From contig JAVKLS010000021.1 in NCBI GenBank assembly GCA_031538565.1, positions 71,024-135,023 of the forward strand: a DNA stretch of 64,000 nt, in the 5' to 3' direction. The notes below the pieces were generated by a model. It made no database searches, was not told the DNA's origin, and saw only the letters and a list, made by a program, of their open reading frames with translations. Numbering within the stretch: position 1 is the first letter of the stretch; each line of letters opens with the position of its first letter. The DNA comes from Burkholderiaceae bacterium. Its GTDB lineage: Bacteria; Pseudomonadota; Gammaproteobacteria; Burkholderiales; Burkholderiaceae_C. Shown piece after piece: positions 9,807 to 19,667 of the stretch. Made by a program: the position numbers and the translations under genes.

Positions 9807-11189
9807 ATGAAATTTAAAACTGTCTTGGTTGCTAGCTTACTAGCATTAGGTGCAACCACCACCAGCATGGCTTTTGCACAAGAAAAATTAACCGTGTGGT
9901 GGGCAAAAGGCTACTACCCACAAGAAGATCAAGGCATTTTTGACGCCATCAAAAAATTTGAAGCCAAAAATCCCAAATACAAAATAGAACTGTCGCTCTA
10001 CGCGCCGCAAGAAACCGTGCCCAAACTGGTCGCCGCGTTAGACGCAAAAACGCCGCCTGACATTGCTTACGGCGACGTGCTGGACTTTCAAGTTGCCGCC
10101 AAATGGGCGTATGAAAACAAGCTTGCAGACCTTGGCGGCCTCATCGATCCCATCCGAAATCGCTTCGAACCACAAGCGCTGTCAACAACCTTTTTGTATG
10201 ACAACGTGACCAAAAAACGCTCTTACTATGCCTTTCCCATTAAGCAGCAAACTATGCACATCCAGTATTGGAAAGATATGCTGGCTGAAGCGGGATTTAA
10301 AGAGTCCGACATCCCCAAAGACTGGAAAGGTTACTGGAGCTTTTGGTGCGACAAAGTACAGCCAGCCTATCGTCAAAAAACAAGCTCACGCGGCTATGCA
10401 ACGGGTTTCCCAATGGGCGTGGACTCAAGCGATTCGTTCTTCTCCTTCCTGACCTTCATGGACGCGCACAACGTCAAACTTGTTAATGATTCGGGCAAGC
10501 TTCTGGTGGATGATCCCGCCGTGCGTCAAGGCTTAATCAATGCAGTGACTGATTACACCAGCGGCTATGGCAAGGGTTGCACCCCGCCCTCTAGCACGAC
10601 GTGGAAAGATCCCGACAACAACGTTGCCTTCCACAATAAAACCATCGTGATGACGCATAACGCCACAATTTCAATTGCGGCAAAGTGGTTAGACGACATG
10701 AACAACCCCAAGCTCACCCAAGCCGAGCGCGATATCGCCAAGAAAAACTACCAAGAAAATATTGCAACCGCTGGCTTTCCAACTAAACCTGATGGCAGCA
10801 AAATGACGTACCGCGCCGCTGTTAAAGTGGGTGTGGTGTTTGAAGATGGGAAAAATAAAGAAGGTGCAAAAAAGTTTGTGTCTTTCTTGCTGGAAGACGC
10901 CAACTTAACGCCTTACGTCGAAGCTTCTCTGGGGCGTTGGTTTCCCGTAACCAAGGCAGGACAAGCGAGCAAGTTTTGGCAGCAAGACTCACACCGCATC
11001 GCTGTGTACAACCAATTCATGGCGGGAACAAAACCGTTTGAGTTCACTAAAAATTACAAGTTCACGACGCTCAATAACGAAAACGTTTGGGCTAAAGCTA
11101 TGAACCGCGTTCTCAGTGAAAAATGGTCTGTCGAAAAGGCTGTGGACGAAATGATCGCGCGGATCAAAGCCGTGGCAGGCGATGCGTAA
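9807..11189 (+). CDS. ABC transporter substrate-binding protein (carbohydrate, CUT1-like)
   Basis: Start moved to the ATG at 9807, which is preceded by AAGGGG. Signal peptide MKFKTVLVASLLALGATTTSMAFA. It sits in an operon with two MalFG-type permeases and a MalK-like ATPase. Confidence 0.8.
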   Translation: MKFKTVLVASLLALGATTTSMAFAQEKLTVWWAKGYYPQEDQGIFDAIKKFEAKNPKYKIELSLYAPQETVPKLVAALDAKTPPDIAYGDVLDFQVAAKWAYENKLADLGGLIDPIRNRFEPQALSTTFLYDNVTKKRSYYAFPIKQQTMHIQYWKDMLAEAGFKESDIPKDWKGYWSFWCDKVQPAYRQKTSSRGYATGFPMGVDSSDSFFSFLTFMDAHNVKLVNDSGKLLVDDPAVRQGLINAVTDYTSGYGKGCTPPSSTTWKDPDNNVAFHNKTIVMTHNATISIAAKWLDDMNNPKLTQAERDIAKKNYQENIATAGFPTKPDGSKMTYRAAVKVGVVFEDGKNKEGAKKFVSFLLEDANLTPYVEASLGRWFPVTKAGQASKFWQQDSHRIAVYNQFMAGTKPFEFTKNYKFTTLNNENVWAKAMNRVLSEKWSVEKAVDEMIARIKAVAGDA

Positions 11190-11214
11190 TACGCAAACTC
11201 GCTAACTAGCAGCA

Positions 11215-12039
11215 ATGGTTAACAATCCGTCGTGGCAAGCGTGGGGACGGCTGTTTGTCGTCCCCTACGTGCTGGTATTTTTGACCTTGGTTCTCTACCC
11301 CGTCGGGTATGGTCTTTGGTTGGCGCGCCATCCAGCAAGCTACGAGACGCTGTTTGCTGATCCCGTTTTTTATCGCACCGTTGTCAATACCGTCATTTTT
11401 TTGATTGTTGCTATCAACATCAAAATGGTGCTAGCACTTTTTCTTTCTGGATTTTTTATCCAGACACGCTGGTGGATTAAAGTGCTATCGGTGCTCTTTA
11501 TTCTGCCTTGGGCGGTGCCCTCTATTCCCACTATTTTGTCGGTGCGCTTCATGCTCAACCCCGAGTGGGGCGTTATCAATACAACGATTTTCAAACTCAC
11601 AGGGCTGGATGGTCCGAATTGGTTGAATGATCCGTCATTGGCTCTATCGTTTTCCATGGTCATGCACGTTTGGAAGTCCCTGCCTTTTTGGACTTTAATT
11701 TTGATTTCAGCCCGCCTCTCCATTCCGACGGAGCAATACGAAGCCGCATCGGTGGATGGCGCAACCACATGGCAAAAATTTAGATTCATTACTTGGCCTT
11801 CGGTCAAAACCATGTATCTCACGTCAACCATTTTGTCCATGATTTGGACGCTAGGCGACTTCAACAGCGTGTACTTGCTCACAGGGGGTGGACCTGCCGA
11901 TTTAACTAACGTACTAGCAACGCTGGGCATTCGCTACTTGCGACTTGATCAAATCGATGTAGCCATGGCGTCCATCGTTGTGGCACTGCCCATCATCCTG
12001 CCACTTGTGTTTGTGATGATGCGGAGACTATCTAAATGA
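11215..12039 (+). CDS. ABC transporter permease (MalF/UgpA-like)
   Basis: Multi-TM protein with EAA loop EAASVDGATTWQKFRFITWP. Confidence 0.85.
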   Translation: MVNNPSWQAWGRLFVVPYVLVFLTLVLYPVGYGLWLARHPASYETLFADPVFYRTVVNTVIFLIVAINIKMVLALFLSGFFIQTRWWIKVLSVLFILPWAVPSIPTILSVRFMLNPEWGVINTTIFKLTGLDGPNWLNDPSLALSFSMVMHVWKSLPFWTLILISARLSIPTEQYEAASVDGATTWQKFRFITWPSVKTMYLTSTILSMIWTLGDFNSVYLLTGGGPADLTNVLATLGIRYLRLDQIDVAMASIVVALPIILPLVFVMMRRLSK

Positions 12040-12884
12040 GCAAATTCATCAGCACATTCACGCGAGAAGCCAAATTATTACTCATTGGAATTCCCGTCTT
12101 TTTGTGGACCATGATTCCCATCTACCATATGTTTTTATTTGCTATTTCTAGCAAAGACTCTGCAACCTCTGGCAGACTGTGGCCTAAAGACCCCACGCTA
12201 AAAAATTTTCAAGCCGTGTTTACCGAAGGACATTTTTATCTGCACCACTTTTGGCAGCAACTGGGTAACTCTTTTGTCATTGCGCTGTCGGTCGGAGTGA
12301 TCACTTTATTTATCTCCACACTGGCCGCATTTGCCATCAGTAGACTTAAGGTACGCGGCGGGCGCACCGTTTTAAATTTGGCACTCTTTACGTACTTTAT
12401 TCCTGCGGCGTTTTTAGCCGTACCCATGTATAAAACGATGGGGGTTTATGGGCTGCTCAATAACCACTGGTCACTGATTTTGGCAATGGTCACTATCGCT
12501 GCACCGTATTGCATTTGGGTTCTTAAACAGGCTTCGGACAAATTACCTTTTGAGTTAGATGAAGCAGCCCGCATAGACGGTGCAACACCGCTGCAATTAT
12601 TTCGACTGGTGTATTTGCCGCTCATGGTTCCCTCAATGGTGGCTGTTGGCATTTACGCCTTGCTGCTCGCATGGAATGAGTATCTTTACGCCTTTTTGCT
12701 GCTGTCAAAAGAATCCGATTTAACGCTGGCCGTTGCGCTGGGTAATTTTTTAGGTTCGGACGATTCGCCGTGGGAGGTTCTCATGGCAACAGGTTGTGTG
12801 TATGCCATGCCCCCAGTGGTGATTTATTACGCATTCAAACGCTACATGGTCTCTGGCTTGACCACGGGCGCAGTAAAAAGCTAG
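12036..12884 (+). CDS. ABC transporter permease (MalG/UgpE-like)
   Basis: EAA loop DEAARIDGATPLQLFRLVYLP. It overlaps the preceding permease gene by 4 nt. Confidence 0.85.
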   Translation: MSKFISTFTREAKLLLIGIPVFLWTMIPIYHMFLFAISSKDSATSGRLWPKDPTLKNFQAVFTEGHFYLHHFWQQLGNSFVIALSVGVITLFISTLAAFAISRLKVRGGRTVLNLALFTYFIPAAFLAVPMYKTMGVYGLLNNHWSLILAMVTIAAPYCIWVLKQASDKLPFELDEAARIDGATPLQLFRLVYLPLMVPSMVAVGIYALLLAWNEYLYAFLLLSKESDLTLAVALGNFLGSDDSPWEVLMATGCVYAMPPVVIYYAFKRYMVSGLTTGAVKS

Positions 12885-12917
12885 AGCCTTGTGTGATTCA
12901 AAATTTAGGATTTAAAA

Positions 12918-13991
12918 ATGGCATCAGTCAACTTCAAAAACATTCAAAAATCTTTTGGCACGGGCAAGTCAGAAGTCAACATCATTCATGGCATTAGCTT
13001 TGATATTCAAGACGGCGAATTCGTCGTGCTGGTCGGTCCATCGGGCTGCGGAAAATCTACGCTGCTGCGGATGCTGGCGGGACTAGAAGAAATCACGGGC
13101 GGCGAAATCGCCATTGATGGAAAAGTTGTCAATGACGTTGATTCCAAAGACCGCGATATTGCGATGGTGTTTCAAAGTTACGCGCTCTACCCGCACATGA
13201 CGGTGGGTGAAAACATGGCCTTTAGTTTGAAGCTGCGTCGCGCCCCCAAAGCCGAAATCGACGAGCGCGTGAGCCGCGCCGCCAAAATTTTGAACTTAGA
13301 CACGCTCTTGCACCGCTTTCCCCGCGAACTATCGGGTGGTCAGCGCCAGCGCGTCGCAATGGGGCGCGCCATTGTGCGTGACCCCAAAGTGTTTTTGTTT
13401 GACGAGCCACTGTCGAACTTGGATGCCAAACTGCGCGTGGCCATGCGCGCTGAAATTAAAGCACTGCATCAGCGCCTTCAAACAACCACGGTGTATGTGA
13501 CGCACGACCAGATTGAAGCCATGACGATGGCCGATCGCATTGTGGTGATGCATGACGGCATCATTGAACAAATCGGCACACCGCTAGAGTTGTTTGATCA
13601 TCCGCAAAATTTATTTGTCGCGCAGTTCATTGGATCGCCCGCCATGAATGTGCTGCAAGGCACAGCGGGCTTGGCCTGCGTAGAGGCCGAAGGCGCAAAG
13701 TGGCCTGTTTCGTCCGAGGCATCCGCCGCGCTTGCTGCAGGGCAAAACGTGCATTACGGCATTCGCCCAAGCGACATCCACATCGGCACGGCCAGCGAAG
13801 GCGTGCCTGCCAAAGTGGTGGTAGTCGAGCCCACAGGCGCAGAAACCGAGTTGCTGGTGCAAGTGGGCAATGCGCGATTGGTCGTGGTACTGCACGGCCG
13901 CACCAATGCGAAACCCGACGACATGATTGGTCTTGTTATCCATGCGGACAAGGTTCATCTGTTTGACGGCAAAACCGAAAACCGAATTTAA
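12918..13991 (+). CDS. ABC transporter ATP-binding protein (MalK/UgpC-like)
   Basis: Walker [10 protein letters not shown], signature [14 protein letters not shown], Walker [13 protein letters not shown], and a C-terminal TOBE-like domain. Confidence 0.9.
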   Translation: MASVNFKNIQKSFGTGKSEVNIIHGISFDIQDGEFVVLVGPSGCGKSTLLRMLAGLEEITGGEIAIDGKVVNDVDSKDRDIAMVFQSYALYPHMTVGENMAFSLKLRRAPKAEIDERVSRAAKILNLDTLLHRFPRELSGGQRQRVAMGRAIVRDPKVFLFDEPLSNLDAKLRVAMRAEIKALHQRLQTTTVYVTHDQIEAMTMADRIVVMHDGIIEQIGTPLELFDHPQNLFVAQFIGSPAMNVLQGTAGLACVEAEGAKWPVSSEASAALAAGQNVHYGIRPSDIHIGTASEGVPAKVVVVEPTGAETELLVQVGNARLVVVLHGRTNAKPDDMIGLVIHADKVHLFDGKTENRI

Positions 13992-14000
13992 TTAAGTCGC

Positions 14001-14402
14001 TTATTCATCGGCGCTTGGCCGCACCAGTTTCCACTGAGTTAGTTTACCGCTCGTAAACGTGCAGTCCACGTAGCTACCGCCGTTGTCTGTCCATCTAAAA
14101 ATTTCGGGTTGCTCGTCTTTAGCGGACTGCTGTGCACCCAAGCTTTTGGTTTGTGCCAGCACGTGCAAAAGCGTAGTACCCACCTTCATTTTGACGCTCA
14201 TCATCACCGCGCTGTCAATGTAACCAATCGGGCGATTAGCCGCACGTTTTAAAGCCTGCATCGTGCGTGTAAAGTGCAGCATCAACCAAAAGACTAGCCC
14301 CGTCATTACCAGAGCAACGCCCTGCCACGCGTAAGCGCGATAAGACGCAGCAACAAGCAACGCGCCTGCCAGCCAAAGAAGGAGAGTTTTTTTATTTTTC
14401 AT
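14001..14402 (-). CDS. Small membrane protein, function unknown
   Basis: Start moved to the internal ATG (MKNKKTLLLWLAG...) so it does not overlap yggS. It has two predicted TM helices and a soluble C-terminal domain. Confidence 0.5.
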   Translation of the reverse strand: MKNKKTLLLWLAGALLVAASYRAYAWQGVALVMTGLVFWLMLHFTRTMQALKRAANRPIGYIDSAVMMSVKMKVGTTLLHVLAQTKSLGAQQSAKDEQPEIFRWTDNGGSYVDCTFTSGKLTQWKLVRPSADE

Positions 14403-14412
14403 AGATGATTGC

Positions 14413-15141
14413 CTACGCAGCGCTTGGGCGCTCGCCAAATATAGCGCCACCCACACGCACCATCGTCGAACCTGCGGCAATGGCGGCGGGAAAATCGGAG
14501 CTCATACCCATGGACAGCGTGTCGATTTTCTGTTGCGCGGGCAAAGCAGCATTGACCGCATCGAACGCGGCTTTGACTTTAGTAAATACAGCGCTCTGCC
14601 CGGCGGCATCCGCTTGCGGCTCTGGAATGGCCATCAAGCCGCGCAAGCGCAACTGGGGAAGCGCCTGAATACCCTTCACCAAATCGAGCAGCGATTGCAA
14701 AGAAACGACCACATCCACGCCCGACTTAGTTTGCCCACCATCCACGTTGACTTGTATGCAGATATTGAGCAATGGCAAATGCGCGGGACGTTGCTGACTG
14801 AGGCGCTCGGCAATTTTGAGTCGATCCACACTTTGCACCCAATCAAAGTGATGGGCAACCAGCGCAGTTTTATTGCTTTGCAGCGGTCCAATCAAATGCC
14901 ACTCAATCGGTGTGCGATGGTGTTTGAGTGCTTGCAGCGCTTCGATTTTGACAATCGCTTCTTTGACATAATTTTCACCGAACGCTTGCTGCCCCATGCA
15001 GAATAAGGTTTCCACCAATTCGGCATCAAAGGTTTTACTGACTGCCAAAAGTTTTATCGACTGCGCGGATCGCCCCCTAGCCTTGGCAGCTTGGGTGATG
15101 TGGTTTGTCACGTGTTGGTAGCGCTGGGCGAGATCGAGCAT
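14413..15141 (-). CDS. yggS: YggS-family pyridoxal-phosphate homeostasis protein
   Basis: PLP-lysine motif LLAVSKT and C-terminal MGMSSDF..AI..GST.VRVG. The track start at 15150 is TTG, so the ATG at 15141 is used. Confidence 0.9.
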   Translation of the reverse strand: MLDLAQRYQHVTNHITQAAKARGRSAQSIKLLAVSKTFDAELVETLFCMGQQAFGENYVKEAIVKIEALQALKHHRTPIEWHLIGPLQSNKTALVAHHFDWVQSVDRLKIAERLSQQRPAHLPLLNICIQVNVDGGQTKSGVDVVVSLQSLLDLVKGIQALPQLRLRGLMAIPEPQADAAGQSAVFTKVKAAFDAVNAALPAQQKIDTLSMGMSSDFPAAIAAGSTMVRVGGAIFGERPSAA

Positions 15142-15165
15142 AGTTTGCAATCATAATGTGACCCC

Positions 15166-16239
15166 ATGGAAACGACAGCCACTCCAGCACTTGATCTTCA
15201 TCAATTGCTCGCCTTTATGGTTGAGCAAAAAGCCTCTGACCTGCATTTATCTGCAGGCTTGCCGCCCATGATTCGCGTGCATGGCGACATCGTCCGCATC
15301 AACCTGCCGCCCCTTACGCACGAAACCGTACACGGCTTCGTGACAGGCATCATGACCGAGGGGCAACGCAAAATTTACGCCTCCCACCTCGAATGCGACA
15401 TGGCATATGAAGTGCCCAAGCTTGCCCGCTTTCGGGTGAATGCCTTCACCCAAGCACGTGGCGCTGCCGCCGTGATGCGCGTGATTCCATCCATCATTCA
15501 AACCTTAGAGCAACTCAATGCGCCCACAATCTTTGCTTCACTATGTCTCAAGCCGCGCGGTTTGGTGCTGGTGACAGGCCCCACGGGTTCGGGTAAATCA
15601 ACCACGCTAGCGGCAATGGTGAATCATCTAAACGAAACTGAGCCCGCGCACATCCTCACCGTGGAAGACCCTATTGAGTTTGTGCACCAATCGAAAAAAA
15701 GTTTAGTGAATCAACGCGAAGTCGTTACGCATACGCATAGTTTTTCGGCCGCTCTCAAATCCGCCCTGCGTGAAGACCCCGACGCCATTTTGGTGGGCGA
15801 GCTGCGCGACTTAGAGACCATACGCCTTGCACTAACTGCCGCGGAAACAGGGCACTTGGTCTTTGGCACGCTGCACACATCGAGTGCCGCTAAAACCATT
15901 GACCGCATCGTGGACGTTTTTGATTCCAGTGAAAAAGAACTCATCCGCAGTATGTTGTCGGAATCGCTAGAGGCCGTTATTTCACAAACCCTGTGCAAAA
16001 CCAAAGAAGGCAAGGGGCGCGTTGCCGCGCATGAAATCATGCTGGGCACATCCGCCATTCGCAATTTGATTCGCGAAAACAAAGTTGCGCAGATGTACTC
16101 CACCATTCAGACCAATAACTCAGTAGGAATGCAAACACTAGACCAGTGCTTGATGCAGCTTGTAGAGACGGGGCAAATTACCGTTGCCGAAGCCCGCAGC
16201 AAAGCCAAATCACCCGACGGTTTTAAAAACCGGAATTGA
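15166..16239 (+). CDS. pilT: Type IV pilus retraction ATPase PilT
   Basis: Walker A GPTGSGKST, the AHEIMLGTSAIRNLIRENK PilT signature, and divergent arrangement with yggS as in other proteobacteria. Confidence 0.9.
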   Translation: METTATPALDLHQLLAFMVEQKASDLHLSAGLPPMIRVHGDIVRINLPPLTHETVHGFVTGIMTEGQRKIYASHLECDMAYEVPKLARFRVNAFTQARGAAAVMRVIPSIIQTLEQLNAPTIFASLCLKPRGLVLVTGPTGSGKSTTLAAMVNHLNETEPAHILTVEDPIEFVHQSKKSLVNQREVVTHTHSFSAALKSALREDPDAILVGELRDLETIRLALTAAETGHLVFGTLHTSSAAKTIDRIVDVFDSSEKELIRSMLSESLEAVISQTLCKTKEGKGRVAAHEIMLGTSAIRNLIRENKVAQMYSTIQTNNSVGMQTLDQCLMQLVETGQITVAEARSKAKSPDGFKNRN

Positions 16240-16258
16240 CACAAAGGACTTTCAAACC

Positions 16259-17203
16259 ATGACACAACCCACCACTTCCCAACGATTTGCCAGCATCAAT
16301 GCAAAAACCTACGAAGCTGCCACGTCTAAGCAAGTCGCGTTTTTGGGCTTAGGCGTGATGGGCTATCCAATGGCAGGACATTTGGCACTATGCGGACACC
16401 ATGTCACCGTTTACAACCGCTCATCCACTAAAGCCGATGCGTGGCTCGCCGAATTTGAAAGCACAGCAGGCACGCACACCAAGCAAGCCACACCCGCCCA
16501 AGCCGCAGCCAATGCTGATATCGTTTTTTGCTGCGTAGGCAATGATGACGATTTGCGCGCGGTCACGCTAGGCGCGAGCGGTGCTTTTACGGCCATGAAA
16601 AAAGGCGCCATCTTTGTGGACCATACGACTGCGTCTGCCAACATTGCCCGCGAGCTTGCCCGTAACGCCCAGCAACTCGGTCTTGGTTTTATTGATGCTC
16701 CCGTATCGGGCGGGCAAGGCGGCGCACAAAACGGAATGCTGACCGTTATGTGCGGCGGAGATGCTGTCACATTTGATGCCATCCAATCTACCACAATGGC
16801 ATTTTCGCGTGCAGTCACGCTATTAGGCGCTAGCGGCGCGGGCCAGCTTGCCAAGATGGTGAATCAAGTATGCATTGCGGGCTTGGTGCAAGGCCTGTCC
16901 GAGGCCATAGCCTTCGGTCAAAAGGCAGGGTTAGATATGAACCAAGTGTTAGATGTCATTAGTAAAGGCGCCGCGCAAAGCTGGCAAATGGACAACCGCG
17001 GCAAAACCATGACGCAAGGAAAATTTGATTTTGGTTTTGCCGTCGATTGGATGCGCAAAGATTTAGGACTGGTCATGGACGAAGCCAAGCGCAATGGCGC
17101 ACGCTTGCCTGTCACGGCGCTGGTTGATCAGTTTTATGCCGATGTTCAGCAGGCGGGCGGCCACCGCTGGGATACATCCAGTTTGATTACGCGGTTGAAA
17201 TAA
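16259..17203 (+). CDS. NAD(P)-dependent oxidoreductase, 3-hydroxyisobutyrate/6-phosphogluconate dehydrogenase-like
   Basis: Start moved to the ATG at 16259 (MTQPTT...), just after the pilT stop. Dinucleotide-binding motif VAFLGLGVMGYPMAGHL. Confidence 0.85.
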   Translation: MTQPTTSQRFASINAKTYEAATSKQVAFLGLGVMGYPMAGHLALCGHHVTVYNRSSTKADAWLAEFESTAGTHTKQATPAQAAANADIVFCCVGNDDDLRAVTLGASGAFTAMKKGAIFVDHTTASANIARELARNAQQLGLGFIDAPVSGGQGGAQNGMLTVMCGGDAVTFDAIQSTTMAFSRAVTLLGASGAGQLAKMVNQVCIAGLVQGLSEAIAFGQKAGLDMNQVLDVISKGAAQSWQMDNRGKTMTQGKFDFGFAVDWMRKDLGLVMDEAKRNGARLPVTALVDQFYADVQQAGGHRWDTSSLITRLK

Positions 17204-17291
17204 AAACGCCGTGATGAGCTACAGCCATCCGTCCAACTGGATTTTTGGCTTGCGCTTTGAGCTTCAAGGCGTGCAGCAAACTGTGTATTTA

Positions 17292-17402
17292 GGAGCCTCT
17301 GCAAAACTCCGTTCACCTTGAGCTTGTCGAAAGGTAGTTCTAATCAAATTAAGGAATTCGACAGACTCAGTCCGAACGGAATAGGGTTATGCAGAATGTC
17401 CT
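17292..17402 (-). repeat. Dispersed ~111-nt hairpin-forming intergenic repeat, copy A (inverted relative to copies B and C)
   Basis: Its reverse complement matches 30809..30919 with only 3 mismatches. It has internal imperfect inverted arms (CCGTTCGGACTGAGTCTGTCGAA / TTCGACAAGCTCAAGGTGAACGG). Confidence 0.9.
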
Positions 17403-17571
17403 TTACTGTGGTATCGGTCATGTGAATTTCCTCTCGGGTTCATTATTTGGCCTTTACACAAAATTCAGGATAGGCTCTTTGAAAATGAAATTCAACAACC
17501 CTTATTCCACGGGGATTCCATGACATCATTCGATAGCGGGTCGCCCTCCAATCAAACACTTCACTTTTTTT

Positions 17572-17597
17572 GTAACGCTTGAGGCGCTGGGTGCGAC
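17572..17597 (+). promoter_or_regulatory. Weak candidate ECF-type promoter upstream of the peroxidase-cytochrome-YceI-sigma operon
   Basis: GTAAC, 17-nt spacer, CGAC, about 32 nt upstream of the ATG at 17629. It resembles the GAAC-N16/17-CGTC ECF promoter architecture. Eyeballed only. Confidence 0.25.
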
Positions 17598-17628
17598 TCA
17601 TACGTATCTTCAACAAAAAAAGGAATGC

Positions 17629-18597
17629 ATGATGTCTAATCTCACAAAAAATATTTCGCAGTTGGGTGCAGGGCTGCTCATTAGCGGCGCAGCTTGTGCG
17701 CAAGTGGCTTCGCCTTCGCCCGTGGAGTTGGTCGATGCGCTCAATGGCGTGTTTGGTAAACAAGTAGGCGCTCGCGCCTCGCACGCCAAGGGCGTTTGTG
17801 TGCAAGGGCTATTTCGCCCAGAAGCGCAGTCCGTGTTGGCTAGCCCGCTGTGGCAGCAAAAAGAGATTCCTGTGGAGGCGCGGTTTTCCGTAGGCGGGGG
17901 TAATCCTAAAGCCAGCGACAAAGGAAAAACCGTTCGTGGATTGGCGCTGCACATGGGTAAAAATTGGGACTTGGTGCTTCTCTCTGCCCCGGTCTTTATG
18001 GTTGCGACACCTGAGGAGTTTATGGGTTTTATGGCAGCACGTCGTCCCGACCCTGCTACAGGCAAGCCAGACCCTGCGCGGGTAAAGGCTTTTAACGAAG
18101 CCACGCCTAGCACCAAGGCGCAAATCACGTTCTTAGACAAAACTCCTGTCGCTGCTAGTTACGCGCAAACGCCTTATTGGGGTGTTAATGCGTTTGTATT
18201 TACGAACGCCAAGGGCGAAAAAGTACACGGACGCTGGCGTGCCGAGCCTCGGGCGGGGCGCGTTGGATTGACCGATGCGCAGCTGAGCGAGCTTGGGGAT
18301 GACTTTTTAACACCCGAGTTGACCTCGCGTTTTCGCCAAGGTGCTGTGACGTTTGATCTTTGGCTTCAATTGGCAACGACTAGCGACAACGTGAAAGATC
18401 CTTCCGTGATGTGGTCCGCCAGCAATCCAGAGGTCCGTATGGGGCAAATTGAAATCAGTCGGACCGATAACGCTTGCGATCCCACGATGTTCAATCCTGC
18501 TTTGTTACCGCAAGGCATAACATTGTCCGAAGACCCTACACTACTTGTTCGCGCTGCGTCTTATGGGGTGTCGCTTGGACGGCGCATGACTCGCTGA
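17629..18597 (+). CDS. Small catalase-related haem peroxidase (catalase-family peroxidase), secreted
   Basis: Signal peptide followed by catalase-core motifs RASHAKGVCVQGLF, RFSVGGG and RGLALH. At ~320 aa it is far shorter than a true catalase. Confidence 0.75.
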   Translation: MMSNLTKNISQLGAGLLISGAACAQVASPSPVELVDALNGVFGKQVGARASHAKGVCVQGLFRPEAQSVLASPLWQQKEIPVEARFSVGGGNPKASDKGKTVRGLALHMGKNWDLVLLSAPVFMVATPEEFMGFMAARRPDPATGKPDPARVKAFNEATPSTKAQITFLDKTPVAASYAQTPYWGVNAFVFTNAKGEKVHGRWRAEPRAGRVGLTDAQLSELGDDFLTPELTSRFRQGAVTFDLWLQLATTSDNVKDPSVMWSASNPEVRMGQIEISRTDNACDPTMFNPALLPQGITLSEDPTLLVRAASYGVSLGRRMTR

Positions 18598-18639
18598 AGC
18601 GCGATTGATCTTTATTATTTTTATTTAAGGAGTTTACGC

Positions 18640-18984
18640 ATGACATCACGCCGCACATTTACTGCTTACCGTATCGCTACTCTTAGCGTATTGGCTGGCG
18701 CGTGGTTTTTTGCAGGTCAGGCGCACGCGCTTGACGCTGCGCCCCCAGCGGTGCAAGCCGCGTTACAAAAAAATGCTTGCCTTGCTTGCCACGCGGTGGG
18801 TAATAAGGTTGTGGGTCCTAGCTTTAACGACGTTGCCCAAAAATACAAAGGCAAGACCGATTATTTGGCTGGAAAAATCAAATCGGGTGGTTCGGGTGTT
18901 TGGGGCACTATGTCCATGCCTCCGCAAACTGCGCCTGACGCAGAAATTCGCAGTATTGCGACTTGGCTAGCAGGTGGTAAATAA
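18640..18984 (+). CDS. Class I c-type cytochrome (c551/c552-like)
   Basis: Signal peptide, haem motif CLACH and distal Met region GVWGTMSMPP. Confidence 0.85.
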   Translation: MTSRRTFTAYRIATLSVLAGAWFFAGQAHALDAAPPAVQAALQKNACLACHAVGNKVVGPSFNDVAQKYKGKTDYLAGKIKSGGSGVWGTMSMPPQTAPDAEIRSIATWLAGGK

Positions 18985-19011
18985 GTTTATTTTTAATATC
19001 AAGGAGGCAAT

Positions 19012-19644
19012 ATGACAACATCATTCACGAAGCGATTTTTTCAAGCTCTGGCGCTTGCTTTTTCACTGTCCTTAGGCGGCGCGGCGCTAGCTGCTGATCC
19101 CCTTGTGTGGCAAATTAATTTGCCTGCATCAAGCTTGACTTTCAATACCACCAAGGCGGGTGCGGCAGGCGTGGGTGGGGTGACCGAGACCATGCGCTTT
19201 AAAGCTTTTAAAGGCGGCGTTGACGCGCAAGGACGCATTCAATTGGACATTGACCTTACCAGCATCGACAGCGGCATTGACATTCGCAATGAGCGCTTGC
19301 AAACCATGTTTTGGAATGTTGCCGCTCACCCTAGCGTGAATTTTTCTGCACAAATCAAACCCGAAGATGTGCAAAAAATTAACGCAAGTAAAGAGTCACT
19401 CGCGCTGTGGGTAGAGGGTCAGCTGACGATGGCTGGGCAGACTAAGCCCGTCAAGGTCTATTTGCAGATCACTCCTATGCCCGGAAAGCTGATGGTGAGC
19501 ACACGCCAAGCCATCATCATCAACGCCAATGACTTCGGACTGAATGCTGGCGTGGAGGCATTGCGTGCCATTATGGGGTTGAACTTCCTCTCATCTTCCG
19601 CGCCTGTTGTGTTTGCGCTGGAGCTCACCAAACCCGCGATGTAA
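19012..19644 (+). CDS. YceI-family periplasmic (polyisoprenoid-binding-like) protein
   Basis: Signal peptide, size and a conserved block typical of YceI lipocalin-like proteins (SSLTFNTTKAG....F.G). Confidence 0.75.
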   Translation: MTTSFTKRFFQALALAFSLSLGGAALAADPLVWQINLPASSLTFNTTKAGAAGVGGVTETMRFKAFKGGVDAQGRIQLDIDLTSIDSGIDIRNERLQTMFWNVAAHPSVNFSAQIKPEDVQKINASKESLALWVEGQLTMAGQTKPVKVYLQITPMPGKLMVSTRQAIIINANDFGLNAGVEALRAIMGLNFLSSSAPVVFALELTKPAM

Positions 19645-19667
19645 CACTGCGGCAACGCTGGTGATAA

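Noticed and set aside
17443-18140. Minus-strand ORFs (120 aa, 176 aa, 104 aa) upstream of and overlapping the catalase-like gene.
   Set aside because: They overlap the motif-supported peroxidase gene or its promoter region, and nothing recognisable is present in them.
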